DNA of 64,000 nucleotides from Candidatus Heimdallarchaeota archaeon. GTDB lineage: Archaea > Asgardarchaeota > Heimdallarchaeia > Heimdallarchaeales > Heimdallarchaeaceae. Positions 48,296-57,958 of this stretch are shown piece after piece. Each line of letters opens with the position of its first letter. The stretch's first letter is position 1. The notes under the pieces are model-generated. The model was not told where the DNA came from and ran no database searches. It saw only the letters and a list, made by a program, of their open reading frames with translations. The stretch covers positions 1-64,000 of the forward strand of contig JAEOSZ010000024.1 in NCBI GenBank assembly GCA_016840095.1, in the 5' to 3' direction. The translations under genes and the position numbers were made by a program.

Positions 48296-48400
48296 TAGAA
48301 AATAAGACACATACTCACTTCTGGGTAGCAAAACTTAAAAACGTGACACAATCTAATTTTCTTGCTCCTAAGAACATAGATTCAATAGAGAGGTAGAATT

Positions 48401-49465
48401 ATGACAAAAACTGATGAACCAGCTCTTAAAAAATTTGGACCTGCTTTGGTTTCTCTAGCTAACGCAGCACGAGCCTTCGATGCACCTGTGAGATATCCAG
48501 TTTTATTTAGTGCACCATTTCTAGGAAGTGGTGGATTCAAAGGAACAATGGCTTTTCCAAGAATGTCTTCATTTGTTACTTTGATTGAACATTTCTTTGG
48601 TTTAATCATCCTCTTTCCAATACTATTATTTGCAAGGGGATTTAGTAAACTGAAAGAAGCTATGAAAAGTTTTACTAAACTTGAATGGTTTGCAGTTATC
48701 TTCATCTCAGTAGGAGGGTCTGCTCTAGGATTATTTTTCTTCCTGGTCTCCTTCGCATTAGGTAATCCAACTATTGCTATTCTTTTGCAAAAAGCTCAAC
48801 CTCTAATTACATTTATTTTTGCTTTTTTTATTCTGAAGGAGAGACCTACTAAATGGTTTTGGGGTGCTTTAGCTCTATCATTAATTGGAATTGGGCTTAT
48901 AGTTACACCTGATATTATCGCAAGCTCACAGACATTCGATTATTCAGGATTAGTTGCAATATTATGTTCATTAATTGCAGCAACTTTGTGGGGAGGTTCT
49001 ACAGTATTTGGAAGAATATTAACTAAAAAAGTCGATTACTGGGATCTTACTTTACTACGATATGTTGGAGGTTTTCTTTTCTTACTAATTTTCAACATTA
49101 TTCTCTTTACTTATACTAAAGATTATTATGGGATGCTTGGTCAATCAGTTAGCGTATTTGGGCCATTTAACTGGAACTGGCCAATAATTGTATGTATTTT
49201 ATTCTCAACAATTTTTACAGGAGGTATTCTACCTCTTGCTCTATATTATTTTGGTCTAAAAAGATCTAAAGCTTCAGTAGCAGGTTTAGCAGAATTAGCT
49301 TTTCCTCTACTAGCAATTGTTGTGAATTATTACTTCTTAGGATTCGGACTTGATTGGTTTCAAGGAGCTGGAGCAATAATACTTCTCATAACGATTTCAG
49401 CATTATCATTTATTAATGCTAAAGAAATGGAGAAAAAACCAAATAATCTGAAAGAAACAAAGTAA
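48401..49465 (+). CDS. DMT/EamA family transporter
   Basis: 10 TMs in two repeats; QP......A...LKER, LWG.STV.GR, ELAFP. Confidence 0.9.
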   Translation: MTKTDEPALKKFGPALVSLANAARAFDAPVRYPVLFSAPFLGSGGFKGTMAFPRMSSFVTLIEHFFGLIILFPILLFARGFSKLKEAMKSFTKLEWFAVIFISVGGSALGLFFFLVSFALGNPTIAILLQKAQPLITFIFAFFILKERPTKWFWGALALSLIGIGLIVTPDIIASSQTFDYSGLVAILCSLIAATLWGGSTVFGRILTKKVDYWDLTLLRYVGGFLFLLIFNIILFTYTKDYYGMLGQSVSVFGPFNWNWPIIVCILFSTIFTGGILPLALYYFGLKRSKASVAGLAELAFPLLAIVVNYYFLGFGLDWFQGAGAIILLITISALSFINAKEMEKKPNNLKETK

Positions 49466-49467
49466 AG

Positions 49468-50046
49468 TTACCAATCGATTCCAAAGGTTATTTCCAGAAT
49501 ATTAGGTCCCAGAACTTTACCTTGATTGAAGTTAAGCAGAGTAATTCTATTCTTAAGATAAGAGCGAACATCATTTAACAAAATTTCATAACTGGTACTA
49601 TCTATTTCTTTTTCAAGATGAAGAGTTACTCCAAACATTTTCATTGCACTGTCATATTCGATATCGACTTCTGTAAAAGTGTGTTTGAAAAATTTAGATG
49701 AAAACATTTCTTGAATTTCTGTATATCTTTCAGTCAAGAACCATTCTGGTACAAGTTCAGCTTCTTCTTCAGTAACTTCTTTGTATGCTTCCTTCTTCTT
49801 ATCGTGGTAATCACCTAAAAGCTTGAAGATTAGTTCATTAACTCTTAAGAGAAGATAATCATTTAAACTATCACCTGGAAGAATTCTCCTCTTAACATGT
49901 TCATAGTAATCACTAAACATCTCATCACTATAATGAATCATTTTAGATTCAAACCATTTTCCCACTATATCTAATACATTGCTTATATCGAATTCAAATA
50001 TAATCTTGTTTGTTTTTTCTTCTTCAGTCATCTGAAGCACTCCCAA
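49468..50046 (-). CDS. Hypothetical acidic protein (likely start ATG 50031)
   Basis: Long ORF; no recognised motif. Confidence 0.6.
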   Translation of the reverse strand: MGVLQMTEEEKTNKIIFEFDISNVLDIVGKWFESKMIHYSDEMFSDYYEHVKRRILPGDSLNDYLLLRVNELIFKLLGDYHDKKKEAYKEVTEEEAELVPEWFLTERYTEIQEMFSSKFFKHTFTEVDIEYDSAMKMFGVTLHLEKEIDSTSYEILLNDVRSYLKNRITLLNFNQGKVLGPNILEITFGIDW

Positions 50047-50169
50047 GTGAATATTATAGTATATATGTAACTTCTTGCTTATATATTATTCTGATATTCC
50101 AAAAAGATTCAAAGACAGGTCGAAAAAAATAAAGAAAAGGAAGATATAGTTAAAGTAAATTCTCTTTCA

Positions 50170-50319
50170 CTAGTATCTTTTTCTATGTTTTTGATGACAT
50201 TCCCTGCAATAAACTGGTCTTTCTCCATCAGGTTTGAATGGTACTTCTGCTTCTTGTCCACAGTCAGAACAGTTGATTTTGTGCATCTCTCTGGGTTCAT
50301 CATTACGTCTATATCCCAT
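50170..50319 (-). CDS. CxxC-x17-CxxC zinc-binding microprotein (49 aa)
   Basis: Manual translation MGYRRNDEPREMHKINCSDCGQEAEVPFKPDGERPVYCRECHQKHRKRY; AGGTGA SD. Confidence 0.9.
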   Translation of the reverse strand: MGYRRNDEPREMHKINCSDCGQEAEVPFKPDGERPVYCRECHQKHRKRY

Positions 50320-50471
50320 TTAATTCACCTATGTTTTGCATTATAATACCTCAGACCAAAGAAAGAAGAAGAAACTAATTTACTTATACTACTACTCAAT
50401 TTAGAAACTCACTATTATATGCTTTGCTTTGGTTAATTGATTGGTATTAAAACTTATTCATGAATAGAATT

Positions 50472-51695
50472 TTACAACTCATAATCGAATATTACTTTTA
50501 TTGCTTGATTTTTCCGTTTATTAAAGGCTAAACTTATAGCACTTTTATAATCTGATAGAGGGAATCTATGAGTAATAATTTCAGAAATAGTAGAAGGAAT
50601 TTTCTTAGTTTTTAGCAAATCAATTACAATCTCAAAAGTTGATTTTTTCTCTCCATTCCAATCTTCAATTCCATGAATAAGTGATCCTAGTAAATCAACT
50701 TCCTGATACCATACAGGGGAGAAATCAAATTTACCTTGCTTAAGATCAATTCCTAAAACCATAACCTTTCCTTTACCTTTTGCCCATCTTAAAGAATTGT
50801 GTATAGTTGATGGATTTCCTACACAGTCAAAAATCAGATCAAATCCTCCAATGTAGGTTCTATTACCAAAGTATCCTTTGTACTGGACAGCTCTAGTTTT
50901 GTTTATTAGAAAATCATCTATTTCCTTGATTCCTAAAGTTTCATTTGCTCCAAGTTTTTTAGCAATTTCAGCTTGAAAACCATATTTAGCCATAACAACT
51001 ATGTTAGCGTTTGGTTGGATAGCTTTTAAACTTGCCAAAGTACATAATCCGATAGTTCCTGCACCGATTATGAGAATGTTAGTATCAACAACAGGTTTAG
51101 CTCTAAGCACACCTCTCAGAGAACAAGATAAAGGTTCAATCAAGATCGCTTGATCATTAGTAATTTCTTCAGGTAGAACCACAAGCTGATTTTCATGATA
51201 TTTGAAAGCTGTACTCCATCCTCCAGCTGCATCATATTCTGTGAATTCTGCAAATTGACCTGCTTTCTCACATAACCAAAAATCACCTTCTTCACATCTG
51301 GGACAGATTTCTTCTTCCTGATGCAAAATACAACATGGACCTTTCTGTACAACTGTTCTATCCCCTTTCTTCAATTTTGACACACTTTCTCCTAATTCTA
51401 CAATTTCTCCTACACATTCATGTCCCATGTGTCTTGGGGATGGAGAAGGAACTATAGTTGGTGCTACATCTAAATCAAAATCTAGATCAATAAGATGTAA
51501 ATCTGACCCACAAATACCACCTCTAAGTGTCTTTGTTAGAACCTCATTAGATTTCTCTATTTCAAAGGTGTGGTTCTTCTTATGGACAATAGGTCCAACT
51601 TTGGAGAAAATGACTTTGCTCCAAAATGGTTTCAAAGCTTTTGATAAAAGAACTTTAGGAATTGATGGATCAAAATAAACAACTTCAGCATCCAT
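50472..51695 (-). CDS. Zn-dependent medium-chain dehydrogenase
   Basis: GICGSD, GHECVG, structural Cys cluster, IEPLSC, GAGTIG, ITHRFPL. Confidence 0.92.
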   Translation of the reverse strand: MDAEVVYFDPSIPKVLLSKALKPFWSKVIFSKVGPIVHKKNHTFEIEKSNEVLTKTLRGGICGSDLHLIDLDFDLDVAPTIVPSPSPRHMGHECVGEIVELGESVSKLKKGDRTVVQKGPCCILHQEEEICPRCEEGDFWLCEKAGQFAEFTEYDAAGGWSTAFKYHENQLVVLPEEITNDQAILIEPLSCSLRGVLRAKPVVDTNILIIGAGTIGLCTLASLKAIQPNANIVVMAKYGFQAEIAKKLGANETLGIKEIDDFLINKTRAVQYKGYFGNRTYIGGFDLIFDCVGNPSTIHNSLRWAKGKGKVMVLGIDLKQGKFDFSPVWYQEVDLLGSLIHGIEDWNGEKKSTFEIVIDLLKTKKIPSTISEIITHRFPLSDYKSAISLAFNKRKNQAIKVIFDYEL

Positions 51696-51727
51696 ACAAG
51701 AATGTAGAATAACTTGTTTTTATAGAT

Positions 51728-52549
51728 TTAGGGTTTCTCTATATCATAGAATATTTCTTTGTTTTTCTTCAGATATCCATGTCTCCATAATCTTTCTAAT
51801 ATATCTACTAAATCGTGGTAGAATTTTTCAAGATTTCCAGGTATCGAAAGTTGTATTGGGATCCCATGAGCTTTTGCATAATAGTTAAAATACTGAAAAT
51901 CAAAAAATGGAAGTTCTGTTCTAGAAAATTCCCAGTCTAGAAGTTTGACATCACCATCATTAATAATGAAATTTGGAGGTATCAAATCTCCATGAACATG
52001 AGTAATGTATTTAGAATGATCATCTAGTATTTCAGATTGTCTTATTGTTAATTTCCTTAGTTTGTCTATCAGTTTCTTCGGATATTCATCTGTTGAAGAG
52101 GAAACCAACTCAAGTATTGATGAATAGTATTTGAGTACATCATCTTTCAAAGACTTTGACTCTTTTCTTGTTTTCTTGTGAACTTTCTTAATTAGCTCAG
52201 TTATGAGAGCTGGATTCAGATTATTATAATCTACTAAGTGGAGCTCTACTCCTACTAAGTATTCATAAACAATGATACCTGATTTACTTGACCAGATCAG
52301 TTGAGGTGCTATATCTCCTCCGAATAGTTCGAGTGAATGTTTTTCTCTTTCAAATCTTAATTCAGATTTATAGATTTCATTTTTTGAGAATATTTTGCAA
52401 ACAGCTAATGGATTATTCTTCTTTCCAGAAATTAGATACTTTTGATTAGTATAGCCTTTCTCAATAGGTTGCCAACTAAACTCTTGATAATCTTTAAAAG
52501 ATTCAATTATAGCTATTTCTATTTTAGTTTTTAACTCCTCAGAAATCAG
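51728..52549 (-). CDS. Choline/aminoglycoside-kinase-fold phosphotransferase, candidate thiamine kinase
   Basis: GYTN, HGDL..PNF, LLDWEFS, FDF. Overlaps the thiQ stop; start either CTG 52549 or TTG 52579. Confidence 0.75.
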   Translation of the reverse strand: MISEELKTKIEIAIIESFKDYQEFSWQPIEKGYTNQKYLISGKKNNPLAVCKIFSKNEIYKSELRFEREKHSLELFGGDIAPQLIWSSKSGIIVYEYLVGVELHLVDYNNLNPALITELIKKVHKKTRKESKSLKDDVLKYYSSILELVSSSTDEYPKKLIDKLRKLTIRQSEILDDHSKYITHVHGDLIPPNFIINDGDVKLLDWEFSRTELPFFDFQYFNYYAKAHGIPIQLSIPGNLEKFYHDLVDILERLWRHGYLKKNKEIFYDIEKP

Positions 52550-53622
52550 ATTAGAACGACCTCCGATGAAGAAACACAAATCTTCAATATTTTATTGGAA
52601 GCAGTGTCAATATTAAATGTTGCTTTCTTACAATCAGCCTTAATATATTCGTGATTAGTGTCTTCCAAATCTATAACAAGACGATAATATTCTTCATCTT
52701 TCTCGATGATTGATTTTACTCTCCCATGAAGTTCTAGATTATCTTCAAGTGCACAGTCATTTTGTGTTATTTTGATTGAGGTAGGTGGAACTCTAATACC
52801 TGTTATTTTTCTATCAATTTTAAAAGGTAAATTAAAGGTACCTATAGAGGTTGATAGTTTAGTTCCTTCATCTTTAGAATTAATGTAATCTACCGACCAG
52901 ATATTTGGAGTGCCCATGATTTTTGCTATTAGGTAATTTTTAGGAATTTTGTCAACTTCTATTACACTACCAATTTGTTGGATTTTGCCATCGTACATTA
53001 CAGCTACTCTGTCACTGATTAGTCTGCTTTCCTCTTGGTTGTGTGTAACATAAAGAGTAGTAATTTCTGTTTCCTTTTGAATTCGTCTTATTGTTAAAGC
53101 TAAAGATTCCCTACTAGAAGCATCGATGCTTGAAAGAGGTTCATCGAGCAGTAGTAGATTGGGTTTTATAGCTAGTGCTCGAGCTAGCGCTACTCGCTGT
53201 TTTTGCCCCCCACTGATTTCACTTGGTAATCGTTCTAATAATTCCTGAATTTGAGTAATTTCAGAAATCCACTTTATTCTCTCTTCAACTTCTTCTTTAG
53301 GTAATTTATGAGCTTCTAATCCAAAAGCAATATTCCGTTTTATGTTCATGTGTGGAAATAGCACTTGAGCTTGAGGAACATACCCAACTTTCCTTCTTTG
53401 AGGTTTAAAGTCAGTTATATCTTCCTGATCAAATAGAATTTCTCCCTCTTCAGGTTGTATGATTCCAGCTATTATCTTCAGAAGACTTGTCTTTCCACAT
53501 CCACTCTCTCCAAGAAGAACTAATAATTCACCATCAAGGATTTCCAAATCAAAATTGTCTATTATCAGTTTTTTTTCATATTTCATTGATAAACTCTTTA
53601 TGTTAACATTAACCATTTTCAC
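52546..53622 (-). CDS. thiQ: Thiamine ABC transporter ATPase
   Basis: GESGCGKT, ISGGQKQRVALARAL, LLLDEP, VTH; operon with thiBP. Confidence 0.8.
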   Translation of the reverse strand: MKMVNVNIKSLSMKYEKKLIIDNFDLEILDGELLVLLGESGCGKTSLLKIIAGIIQPEEGEILFDQEDITDFKPQRRKVGYVPQAQVLFPHMNIKRNIAFGLEAHKLPKEEVEERIKWISEITQIQELLERLPSEISGGQKQRVALARALAIKPNLLLLDEPLSSIDASSRESLALTIRRIQKETEITTLYVTHNQEESRLISDRVAVMYDGKIQQIGSVIEVDKIPKNYLIAKIMGTPNIWSVDYINSKDEGTKLSTSIGTFNLPFKIDRKITGIRVPPTSIKITQNDCALEDNLELHGRVKSIIEKDEEYYRLVIDLEDTNHEYIKADCKKATFNIDTASNKILKICVSSSEVVLI

Positions 53623-55364
53623 ACCTTCAACTCAATATCTCCTAATTTGTTAATCAGATAGAAACATAATGCTGTGATTATCACCAATATACTTGCCATT
53701 GCTGTTGAAATCTGTAATGTTTGGGACTTCAGAAGCTTGTATATACCAATTGATAATGTCTCAAAATTTGCTCTTGCCAACAGATATGTTGCACCAAATT
53801 CTCCTAAACTTATTGCAAAGGAAAAAATTCCACCAACTATTATTCCTCTTTTAATCAAAGGAAACTCTATCTTCCTAAAAATTGTGAATCTTGACGCCCC
53901 CAATGAAGATGCAACATTTAGTAGTTCTACGTCAATTCTGCTATATGCTACTAATATTGATCTCGTTACAAAAGGTATACTGATTAAAACATGAGACATA
54001 ATTATGAAAATCCACACAGCATTATAGTATGAACTTAAGTTCCCAAAATTCAGATACAATCCTAGACCTAGTGTTATTGATGAGGTTGCCATCGGGAGAA
54101 TTACTAGATAGGATACTAAACTCTCAGAAATTGATTTTTCGTATTTCTTTATTCTCTGATATCTATTTCTTAAGATAAAGACTATTAGAACTGAAAGCAA
54201 CAGGCTAATAGCTGATGCAATTAATGCAAAGAGAAATGTATTTCCGAACAGTCTTAATGTAGTTGTACTTAGAGGTGTAATTTTCTGTTGAGTGAATATT
54301 TGAGAATATCCCCACAAAGGAGATACAATAGTATTGTCTGGAATAAATGATTTAACTATTATTGCAATTATTGGAGCAAAAGAGAATATTAGAACAATTA
54401 TGATGAATAAAAGATAAGAAATCAATGCCATTCGGGATTTCCAATTTCTAGCTTTCAGAGATAATTTCTCAGTTTTTAGTCCTTTTTCCTTTCCTTCTGC
54501 CATTTTTCTAGATTTTCGTTCAACAGCTAGATAGAGAATAATAATCAAACTATTAATGATAAGCTGTACAATTGCTAGCGATGCTCCTGCTGAGAAATTT
54601 AGTGTGTCAAAAGATTCATAAATCAAAACTTCAAGAGTATAAAAATTAAAATTACCAAGTTTCATAACAATTGCAAAACTATTGAAAGTATAGATAAAAA
54701 CTAGCAATGAGGAAGAAATTATTGCATTTTTTATTTGAGGAAGAGTAACTTTCCTGAATATTCTATTTCTCTTTGCACCTAAAGTTGAAGAAACCTCTAT
54801 TTGTTCATAATCTATGCTCTGCCAAGCAGGTATTGTTAGACGAATTATAACTGATAGATTATAGAATACATGTGCAAGGACTATTCCTTGAACCGTTCCA
54901 TCTATAGTAATCAAAGCACTACTTGAATTAGAAATATTTTGCCAAAGAAGATTTACCCAGCCTCCTTGACCATAAGTAACAGTAAATCCAATCAAAACTA
55001 TAACTGGTGGTAGAACAAAAGGGATAGTTAGTAGATTAATTATCAGTTTTTTTCCTCTAAACTCATATTTTGCAAAGAAATAACCAACAGGCAATCCAAA
55101 TAGGAGACATAAAATGGTTGAGAGAAAAGCTTGTAGGAAGGTAAAACCCATGAATTTAAGGTTAAACGGATCACTAATAGTTTCCCAAAAAACCTGAAAA
55201 CTGTTTCCTGTTTCAGAGCTAAAAGCTGTCTGAAATATCCTAACTATTGGAACATAGAAAAAAGCTAAGAGGAATGATATTAGTGCTATAACTGACAGAC
55301 CTATTATGAATTTATTAGATAAACCACCCATATCAGTTTTCTTTTTCTGAATAGATCTATGCAT
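53619..55364 (-). CDS. thiP: Thiamine ABC transporter permease
   Basis: Two permease repeats; FTFLQA.LST, PFVLP, AHVFYN, SLGEFGAT. Confidence 0.85.
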   Translation of the reverse strand: MHRSIQKKKTDMGGLSNKFIIGLSVIALISFLLAFFYVPIVRIFQTAFSSETGNSFQVFWETISDPFNLKFMGFTFLQAFLSTILCLLFGLPVGYFFAKYEFRGKKLIINLLTIPFVLPPVIVLIGFTVTYGQGGWVNLLWQNISNSSSALITIDGTVQGIVLAHVFYNLSVIIRLTIPAWQSIDYEQIEVSSTLGAKRNRIFRKVTLPQIKNAIISSSLLVFIYTFNSFAIVMKLGNFNFYTLEVLIYESFDTLNFSAGASLAIVQLIINSLIIILYLAVERKSRKMAEGKEKGLKTEKLSLKARNWKSRMALISYLLFIIIVLIFSFAPIIAIIVKSFIPDNTIVSPLWGYSQIFTQQKITPLSTTTLRLFGNTFLFALIASAISLLLSVLIVFILRNRYQRIKKYEKSISESLVSYLVILPMATSSITLGLGLYLNFGNLSSYYNAVWIFIIMSHVLISIPFVTRSILVAYSRIDVELLNVASSLGASRFTIFRKIEFPLIKRGIIVGGIFSFAISLGEFGATYLLARANFETLSIGIYKLLKSQTLQISTAMASILVIITALCFYLINKLGDIELKV

Positions 55365-55379
55365 AGTTATTTTACCTAC

Positions 55380-56597
55380 TTAGTTTCTGCGATTCTTCAA
55401 GATAATATAAGCTATAGTTAAGGTCAAAAAGGAAAATATAATTCCTGTGAAATTGCTGAATGGAGCTACTTCTGTTTTCCAATCACTTTTCCACTTCTCA
55501 AGATTGTCATTCAACACCTCAGGTGATATTAGATCATTCAAGATATCTACATCATTGGGATTGATTGAATTGTCTATAAAGCAACTGGAGATAGTAGCGT
55601 TATTATGAACTGGATACATCCAATTATTGAGAGCAATATTATCCTGCAACTCTTTGCTTAGAAACCAATCAATAAATTGCTTGCCATTGTCAGGATGATT
55701 TGCATTTTTCACCAAACCAATACCTTCTATTTGTAACCATGCATTATCAAAATCTAATTCATGAGATAATAAAGCAGCTGAAGGAGGAGGATTACCTTCT
55801 CCTACACCATATAGAGGATGGCAAACATCATAAGCAGGACTAGTACCATAAGAAACCATCATTGGTCTATTTTCTTCCTCAGTATAGTAGATACTGAATG
55901 CATCTCCCCAACTTGAAGCTATGCGTAAGTCTTTCTTTGCTTCTTTCCACCAATTTCTCCAATCCTGACCTAACAACCCTTCAAACTCAATTTGAGGGTC
56001 ACCATATACTGCTATAGTCCATAGCAAGAAACCTAATCCTGGAGAACTGAAATTTGGGTTTTCAACTACTAGTTTTTTATCTAAATCATAATCTAGAATA
56101 TCTTGCAATTCTAGTCCATCTAATTCAGGATTTGTAGATGTATTAAGTCTGCTAAGTGAGTGCCATAAAGCAATTACTCCCATATCATATGGAATAACAT
56201 ACTTTTCAGGATCCAAATTGTCTACTATGCTTTGAGATATATTAACCAAAGCTGGTGAATTATATGTCTGTAAAATTTCTTGTTCCTTTGCTGTGTGAAT
56301 TAGAACGTTATCTATTCCAATTAACACATCTGCGACTGGATTATTTTTTTCTAACGCAGCTTGAGTAACTACAGAGTTAGCATCATCTAGAAGAATAACT
56401 TGTATCTCTTCTTCAGGTATTCCACTATAGTTCGAAAATCCTGAGATATAGTCATAACCTGGATCTGCAAGAAGAGATTCATATGTGTAAATTACCAAAG
56501 AATAATCTTCTACTGCATAGTTGTAACCTTCAGATTTCATCCCAATAGGTAATAGAATCATTAAAACAATTAAACTTAGCAAAATGCTTTTTTTCAT
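55380..56597 (-). CDS. thiB: Thiamine ABC transporter substrate-binding protein, C-terminally anchored
   Basis: IYTYES, P.ADV.IGIDN, SSPGLGFLLWT, W.DA, MVSYGTSPAY, QIEG, NWMYP; C-terminal TM + KNRR. Confidence 0.88.
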   Translation of the reverse strand: MKKSILLSLIVLMILLPIGMKSEGYNYAVEDYSLVIYTYESLLADPGYDYISGFSNYSGIPEEEIQVILLDDANSVVTQAALEKNNPVADVLIGIDNVLIHTAKEQEILQTYNSPALVNISQSIVDNLDPEKYVIPYDMGVIALWHSLSRLNTSTNPELDGLELQDILDYDLDKKLVVENPNFSSPGLGFLLWTIAVYGDPQIEFEGLLGQDWRNWWKEAKKDLRIASSWGDAFSIYYTEEENRPMMVSYGTSPAYDVCHPLYGVGEGNPPPSAALLSHELDFDNAWLQIEGIGLVKNANHPDNGKQFIDWFLSKELQDNIALNNWMYPVHNNATISSCFIDNSINPNDVDILNDLISPEVLNDNLEKWKSDWKTEVAPFSNFTGIIFSFLTLTIAYIILKNRRN

Positions 56598-56645
56598 AGT
56601 ATCATGCTAACTCAATGTATTTAGGTTTTAAATATTAGGTTCACT

Positions 56646-56662
56646 ATATAGGTGACCTATAG
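56646..56662. promoter_or_regulatory. Candidate ThiR operator upstream of thiB
   Basis: ATATAG-GTGAC-CTATAG 17-bp dyad; matches the site at 57582-57598. Confidence 0.65.
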
Positions 56663-56664
56663 AA

Positions 56665-57573
56665 TTACAAGAGAATAGCAATAATATCTAGGATGTTCTT
56701 TTTTTCTTTTGCAAATATATACGAAATTGATTCAAATCCAGGACTTGCCTTATCAATAAGAACTCTTATATCTATTATTCGATTTCCTTTTTCAATATCT
56801 GATAGAATCTGGTTTTTTTCCAGATCTAAATGCTCTGTTTCAATATATTTAATTTTGTTAGTTTGAAGAATTTTTTTCAGTTCTTCCTTAGTTTTCAAGC
56901 TTAAAATCCATTGAATATCTGGATTATTTTTTTTCATCCACAATAAGAGAAGTGAAGAAGTTTTGGAGCAACCAAATTCAGGAGAACTAACATTAGTAAT
57001 TTGATCTTTTACTTTAATTATTCTACCAGGAAAGCTAGCTACATCATCTAAATCTTTTGCATCAGTTCCACAATGAGCTAGTTGAGCACCAATTTCAGGG
57101 ATCCATTGGTAGATATTCTCATTCCTTTTCATTTCTTCAAGAGCATCATTTAGATTCTGAATAATTTCAGATCTTGTTGTTAATGAAGGAATGGTGTCAA
57201 ATCCTGAACAAATACTGCAATTTTTGATATCTTTTATCTCTGGAAGCATTTGCTTATGAACTGAACAAATCGGACCACTCACCCTTAATGATTTACATTT
57301 AGTGCAAATTGTTCTCATAACAAATTCAAGTGATTCCTTTGAGTTGAGCATATCCGAAATAATTGTCGAAAGAGACTCTAAATGAGGATTAACTCGTTTA
57401 TCTCCAATTTCATTCAATTTTTTCTGCAAATAAGAAACAATTACAGGTTGTTTCACACCCAAAATTTCAGCTATATTGTTTTGAGACATTCCTCTATCTC
57501 TTAATTCATGAGCAACTCTAATTCTCAAATTAGGCAAAAATGATGAAGCAATAAATTCACAAGGAAAGCGCAT
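56665..57573 (-). CDS. thiR: ThiR transcriptional regulator (HTH + ThiN-like domain)
   Basis: PCE....LP..R..VA.EL...GMSQ..IA..LGV.Q HTH; IPEIG, DVASFPGRI, PEFG.S ThiN domain; heads thiBPQ. Confidence 0.88.
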   Translation of the reverse strand: MRFPCEFIASSFLPNLRIRVAHELRDRGMSQNNIAEILGVKQPVIVSYLQKKLNEIGDKRVNPHLESLSTIISDMLNSKESLEFVMRTICTKCKSLRVSGPICSVHKQMLPEIKDIKNCSICSGFDTIPSLTTRSEIIQNLNDALEEMKRNENIYQWIPEIGAQLAHCGTDAKDLDDVASFPGRIIKVKDQITNVSSPEFGCSKTSSLLLLWMKKNNPDIQWILSLKTKEELKKILQTNKIKYIETEHLDLEKNQILSDIEKGNRIIDIRVLIDKASPGFESISYIFAKEKKNILDIIAILL

Positions 57574-57581
57574 TTCGTCAC

Positions 57582-57598
57582 CTATATGGCCACTATAG
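57582..57598. promoter_or_regulatory. Candidate ThiR autoregulatory operator
   Basis: CTATAT-GGCCA-CTATAG between the minus-strand TATA (about 57606-57614) and the thiR ATG. Confidence 0.65.
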
Positions 57599-57676
57599 AG
57601 CCCCCCTATTTAAAGATTTCAAGACAAAAGAATTATTGCTCATCGACAAAACAGATATAAGCATCTAGTATTTCTT

Positions 57677-57823
57677 ATGTTTGTAATAAAAATGGTAAAC
57701 GTCTTAAATTCAATTCTGGGTACAGTTGTTTTTCTTGCAATAAGTATAGTAATATCTTTCGCAGTATATATTATGTTCAAATATGCAGCTAAGGAAGAAA
57801 CGATTGGTACTGAAGGAAAGTAA
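57677..57823 (+). CDS. Single-TM microprotein (43-48 aa)
   Basis: MFVIKMVNVLNSILGTVVFLAISIVISFAVYIMFKYAAKEETIGTEGK; TATA-like GATATAAG at about 57654-57661. Confidence 0.55.
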   Translation: MFVIKMVNVLNSILGTVVFLAISIVISFAVYIMFKYAAKEETIGTEGK

Positions 57824-57958
57824 CAAGAATATAAACCATTAATTCAATTGAAATCAAACAAAGATACGGTCTAAATAACCTTAATAAAGGCATCAGCAAT
57901 AAAATAATACGCAACTCTAATAATTAGAATTGGGTATTTGAGCAGAAGGTAAGAAAAA

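Noticed and set aside
50109-50303. 64-aa ORF in the track
   Set aside because: Alternative frame over the motif-bearing 49-aa gene at 50170-50319.
56598-56664. TPP riboswitch upstream of thiB
   Set aside because: The gap is only 67 nt and lacks the GCUGAGA core; the palindrome fits a ThiR site instead.
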